Below are positions 15,443 through 15,453 of a DNA stretch of 15,453 nt, in pieces. Under the pieces are notes generated by a model. That model did no database searches. It saw only the letters and a program-made list of their open reading frames with translations, and had not been told where the DNA came from. The translations under genes were made by a program, and so were the position numbers. Origin of the DNA: Acaryochloridaceae cyanobacterium VAR_48_metabat_390 (GTDB lineage: Bacteria > Cyanobacteriota > Cyanobacteriia > Thermosynechococcales > Thermosynechococcaceae); assembly GCA_031422435.1 (NCBI GenBank), contig JANPLU010000062.1:1-15453 (forward strand), in the 5' to 3' direction. Position 1 is the first letter of the stretch; every line of letters starts with the position of its first letter.

Positions 15443-15453
15443 GTCTTTAACCC

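Overview
Cyanobacterial chromosomal window, judged from at least 17 HIP1 octamers (GCGATCGC) and cyanobacteria-typical gene families. It is mostly core or conserved genes. In order: a truncated EamA/DMT transporter (missing from the ORF track), a DUF4336 protein and a PrsW-family protease on the minus strand; a J-domain protein, an O-antigen ligase/Wzy-like protein, hisS and a conserved hypothetical on the plus strand; a TIGR04376 PspA-like protein, a GspC/PilP-like membrane protein and a FabF-like ketosynthase on the minus strand; then aas, ylqD and pdhC on the plus strand. I saw no tRNA, rRNA, CRISPR array or transposase. The most unusual signal is non-coding: two ~165-185 bp non-autonomous elements either side of ylqD-pdhC. 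One has 19-20 bp ends resembling IS50/Tn5 ends and a perfect 9-bp target duplication. The other is TA-flanked (IS630-like) and splits a hairpin that can be reconstructed. Both carry a related GC-rich palindromic core with G-quadruplex-type G-tracts. All family assignments come from motif recognition, not database searches, so novelty cannot be established from this window alone.
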